This document shows, in pieces, positions 37,922 through 40,415 of a stretch of DNA of 40,415 bases. The number at the start of each line of letters is the position of its first letter. Position 1 is the first letter of the stretch. The notes beneath the pieces are model-generated. The model saw only the letters and a list, made by a program, of their open reading frames with translations, was not told the DNA's origin and made no database searches. Origin of the DNA: Bacteroidota bacterium (GTDB taxonomy: Bacteria; Bacteroidota; Bacteroidia; Chitinophagales; Chitinophagaceae); contig JBDLUO010000057.1 in NCBI GenBank assembly GCA_039805285.1, positions 1 through 40,415 on the forward strand, in the 5' to 3' direction. A program made the position numbers and the translations under genes.

Positions 37922-39292
37922 ATGGGTTGTGGAAGTTGCGGAAGTAAAGCGGATGGCAGTCCATCGGGCTGTCAGAGTCATGGCCATTGTGCCAGTGGAG
38001 GATGTAACCGGATGAACGTGCACGATTGGTTATCCAATCTGCCCTTAGGCGATGCCGAGAGCAGTTGTAAAATAGTTGAGGTTTCCTTTAACAATGGTAG
38101 CCGAAAAGACTATTTCCGAAATACTACGGTTCATTATTATTCCAAAGGAGATATGATTGCCGTTGAAGGCGTGGCAGGGTTTGATGTAGGGATGGTTAAT
38201 TTAACCGGAGAACTCGTTAGACTGCAACTCAAGAAAAATAACATAGACGAAAAGAGTCCAGACATTAAGAAAATTCTGAGAAGAGCGACAGAATCGGATA
38301 TTGAAAAAATGATGGAGACTAAGGCACGTGAGGCGCAGGTATTGATCAGAAGCAGGGCCATAGCACGACATTTGAGATTGGAAATGAAGATGGCAGAAGT
38401 AGAAATACAGGCAGACGGAAAGAAGGCGACATTTTTTTATATCGCTGACGACCGGGTAGATTTCAGGGAATTAATTAAGCTGTATGCCACAGAATTTAAG
38501 GTTAAGGTAGAAATGAGGCAGATCGGAGCTCGTCAGGAAGCTGGAAAAGTAGGTGGAATTGGAAGCTGCGGAAGGGAGTTGTGTTGCAGTACCTGGTTGG
38601 CCGATTTTAAAAGCGTGAATACCAATGCTGCTCGATATCAAAACTTAAGCATCAATCAAACCAAGTTAAGTGGACAGTGTGGAAGGCTGAAATGCTGTCT
38701 CAATTTTGAATTGGACACTTATATGGATGCGCTTCAATATTTCCCGAATGACGCCGACGTACTTGAAATGGCAAGAGGAAGAGCGTTTTTAGCAAAAAAA
38801 GACATTTTCAGAAACCTGATGTGGTATACCATGCCCGAAAGCAACAAGCAATACCCATTGAGTTTAGATACAGTTAAAAAAATCAAGGCACAAAATCGCG
38901 AAGGAATTCGTCCGGAGGAATTCGAAACCGTAGAAGTAACCAGTTCGAAGCCGAAAGAAGTTGAACCAGAATATGCTGATCTTGTTGGACAAATCAGCTT
39001 AAAAAGTCTTGAAAAAACAACAAGAAAAAGGAGGGAAAAAGAAAGAAGTCAGCAAAGACCCCCTCAGCAGCAACAACAGGGAAGGAATAATCCACAAACC
39101 AGAGCTATTCCTTCTGGGCCACAACAGCAAGCTGGAAGAAATGCACCTTCTGGACCACAAGGACAGCGAGGACCGCAGCAAACTGGTGACAGGCAACAAA
39201 GACCAGGCAATAGACCAGGAGGTGGAAACCGTGGACCTCAACGTGGACCGACAAATAGAAACCAGCAACCACCTGCCGATAAGAAAGACTGA
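37922..39292 (+). CDS. ricT: RicT/PSP1 (YaaT)-family Fe-S protein with a low-complexity C-terminal tail
   Basis: RVDFRELIK, QIGARQEA..GGIGSCGRELCCSTW, KLSGQCGRLKCCLNFE. Cys-rich N-terminus and Q/G/P/R-rich tail. Confidence 0.9.
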   Translation: MGCGSCGSKADGSPSGCQSHGHCASGGCNRMNVHDWLSNLPLGDAESSCKIVEVSFNNGSRKDYFRNTTVHYYSKGDMIAVEGVAGFDVGMVNLTGELVRLQLKKNNIDEKSPDIKKILRRATESDIEKMMETKAREAQVLIRSRAIARHLRLEMKMAEVEIQADGKKATFFYIADDRVDFRELIKLYATEFKVKVEMRQIGARQEAGKVGGIGSCGRELCCSTWLADFKSVNTNAARYQNLSINQTKLSGQCGRLKCCLNFELDTYMDALQYFPNDADVLEMARGRAFLAKKDIFRNLMWYTMPESNKQYPLSLDTVKKIKAQNREGIRPEEFETVEVTSSKPKEVEPEYADLVGQISLKSLEKTTRKRREKERSQQRPPQQQQQGRNNPQTRAIPSGPQQQAGRNAPSGPQGQRGPQQTGDRQQRPGNRPGGGNRGPQRGPTNRNQQPPADKKD

Positions 39293-39330
39293 TCTGGCTA
39301 GGTTTTATCATAACCCTAACCCTTTGTACA

Positions 39331-40251
39331 TTGTCTATTCAGGTTAAGAATCTTACCAAAATATACGGCGAACAAAAAGCCGTAGACCATATTTCATTTG
39401 AAATCGGGAAGCCCGAGATTGTCGGATTTTTGGGACCAAACGGTGCCGGTAAGTCTACAACAATGAAAATGATCACCGGTTTTTTGCCGGCAAACGAAGG
39501 AAGCATAGAAATATGTGGTAACCCGATACATCCTGGAGACATCACAAGCAAAAAAAAGATTGGCTATCTCCCCGAATCCAATGCGCTGTATACAGACATG
39601 TATATCAGAGAATATTTACATTTCATTGCTGGAATACACGGATTAAAAGATTCGGAAGCAGCGATAGCCCGCGTTATACAACAAGTTGGACTTACTCCTG
39701 AAGCCAATAAAAAAATACATCAACTCAGTAAAGGATACAAACAGCGCGTAGGACTTGCAGCAGCTTTGATACATGATCCGGAAGTATTGATTTTGGATGA
39801 GCCCACCAGCGGACTGGATCCAAATCAATTGATAGAAATTCGTGAGGTAATCCGCTCGCTTGCCGAAACAAAGACCATCCTATTTTCTTCACATATATTA
39901 CAAGAAGTTGAGGCCTTGTGCGACAGGGTGATCATCATCAGCAAAGGAAGTATTGTGGCTGATAGCAAACTTTCCGAACTAAAAAGCAGTTCGCACAAAA
40001 AATCGACCATCCGAATTCAATTTAGAGATCCAGTTTCTATTTCATCTTTAGAGGCCATAGGACAGGGAGATAAAATCATTGCCATTACACCGGTTGTTTT
40101 TGAATGGGAAACCATGGATGCGGATCAGACCCAAAAAAGAGTATTGGAATGGAGCCTCAAACAATCCGTTCACATTGAATCTTTACAAAACATAACACAA
40201 GACTTAGAGTCTGTTTTCAAATCATTAACGTTAAACAACAGCAAGGAATAA
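39331..40251 (+). CDS. gldA: Gliding motility-associated ABC transporter ATPase GldA
   Basis: TTG start MSIQVKNLTKIYGEQKAVD, GPNGAGKST, GYLPESNALY.DMY, LSKGYKQRVGLA.ALIHDP. Confidence 0.82.
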   Translation: MSIQVKNLTKIYGEQKAVDHISFEIGKPEIVGFLGPNGAGKSTTMKMITGFLPANEGSIEICGNPIHPGDITSKKKIGYLPESNALYTDMYIREYLHFIAGIHGLKDSEAAIARVIQQVGLTPEANKKIHQLSKGYKQRVGLAAALIHDPEVLILDEPTSGLDPNQLIEIREVIRSLAETKTILFSSHILQEVEALCDRVIIISKGSIVADSKLSELKSSSHKKSTIRIQFRDPVSISSLEAIGQGDKIIAITPVVFEWETMDADQTQKRVLEWSLKQSVHIESLQNITQDLESVFKSLTLNNSKE

Positions 40252-40287
40252 TTTCAAAGATTGGTTAACTTGCAATATCATCATTAA

Positions 40288-40415
<128 letters not shown>

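Overview
Bacteroidota chromosome segment, probably Chitinophagaceae-like (TAnnTTTG-type -7 promoter boxes, gldA, RprY-like regulator, GGGP synthase, no obvious Shine-Dalgarno sites). From about 8.0 kb to 40.4 kb it is mostly core genes: ald-like, tsaE, CopA-type ATPase, recQ, two di-heme MauG/MbnH-like proteins, RprY-like regulator, ruvB, LytS/LytTR pair, GGGP synthase, flippase, icmF, rsmA, pdxA, an ABC module, radA, comF, glutathione peroxidase, holB, ricT, gldA and the start of eno. The first 8 kb is accessory. It holds an atypical lipoprotein-like peptide deformylase, a fused EutB-EutC ethanolamine ammonia-lyase with a twin-arginine signal, and five co-oriented unrelated genes separated by decayed attC-like sites, with no integrase in the window. 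The strongest non-coding signal is a 61-nt element present twice (13773-13833 and 23269-23329). Each copy has its own promoter box and terminator, the copies differ by a compensatory base-pair change, and the 5' end is complementary to 'CTATGAAAAA' start-codon contexts, suggesting paralogous small RNAs. Other signals are a third orphan sRNA candidate (32137-32196), several genes that appear leaderless (one with a CTG start), a LytTR-like direct repeat and a heptamer tandem repeat. All calls come from reading the sequence and motifs by eye; no database search was run.
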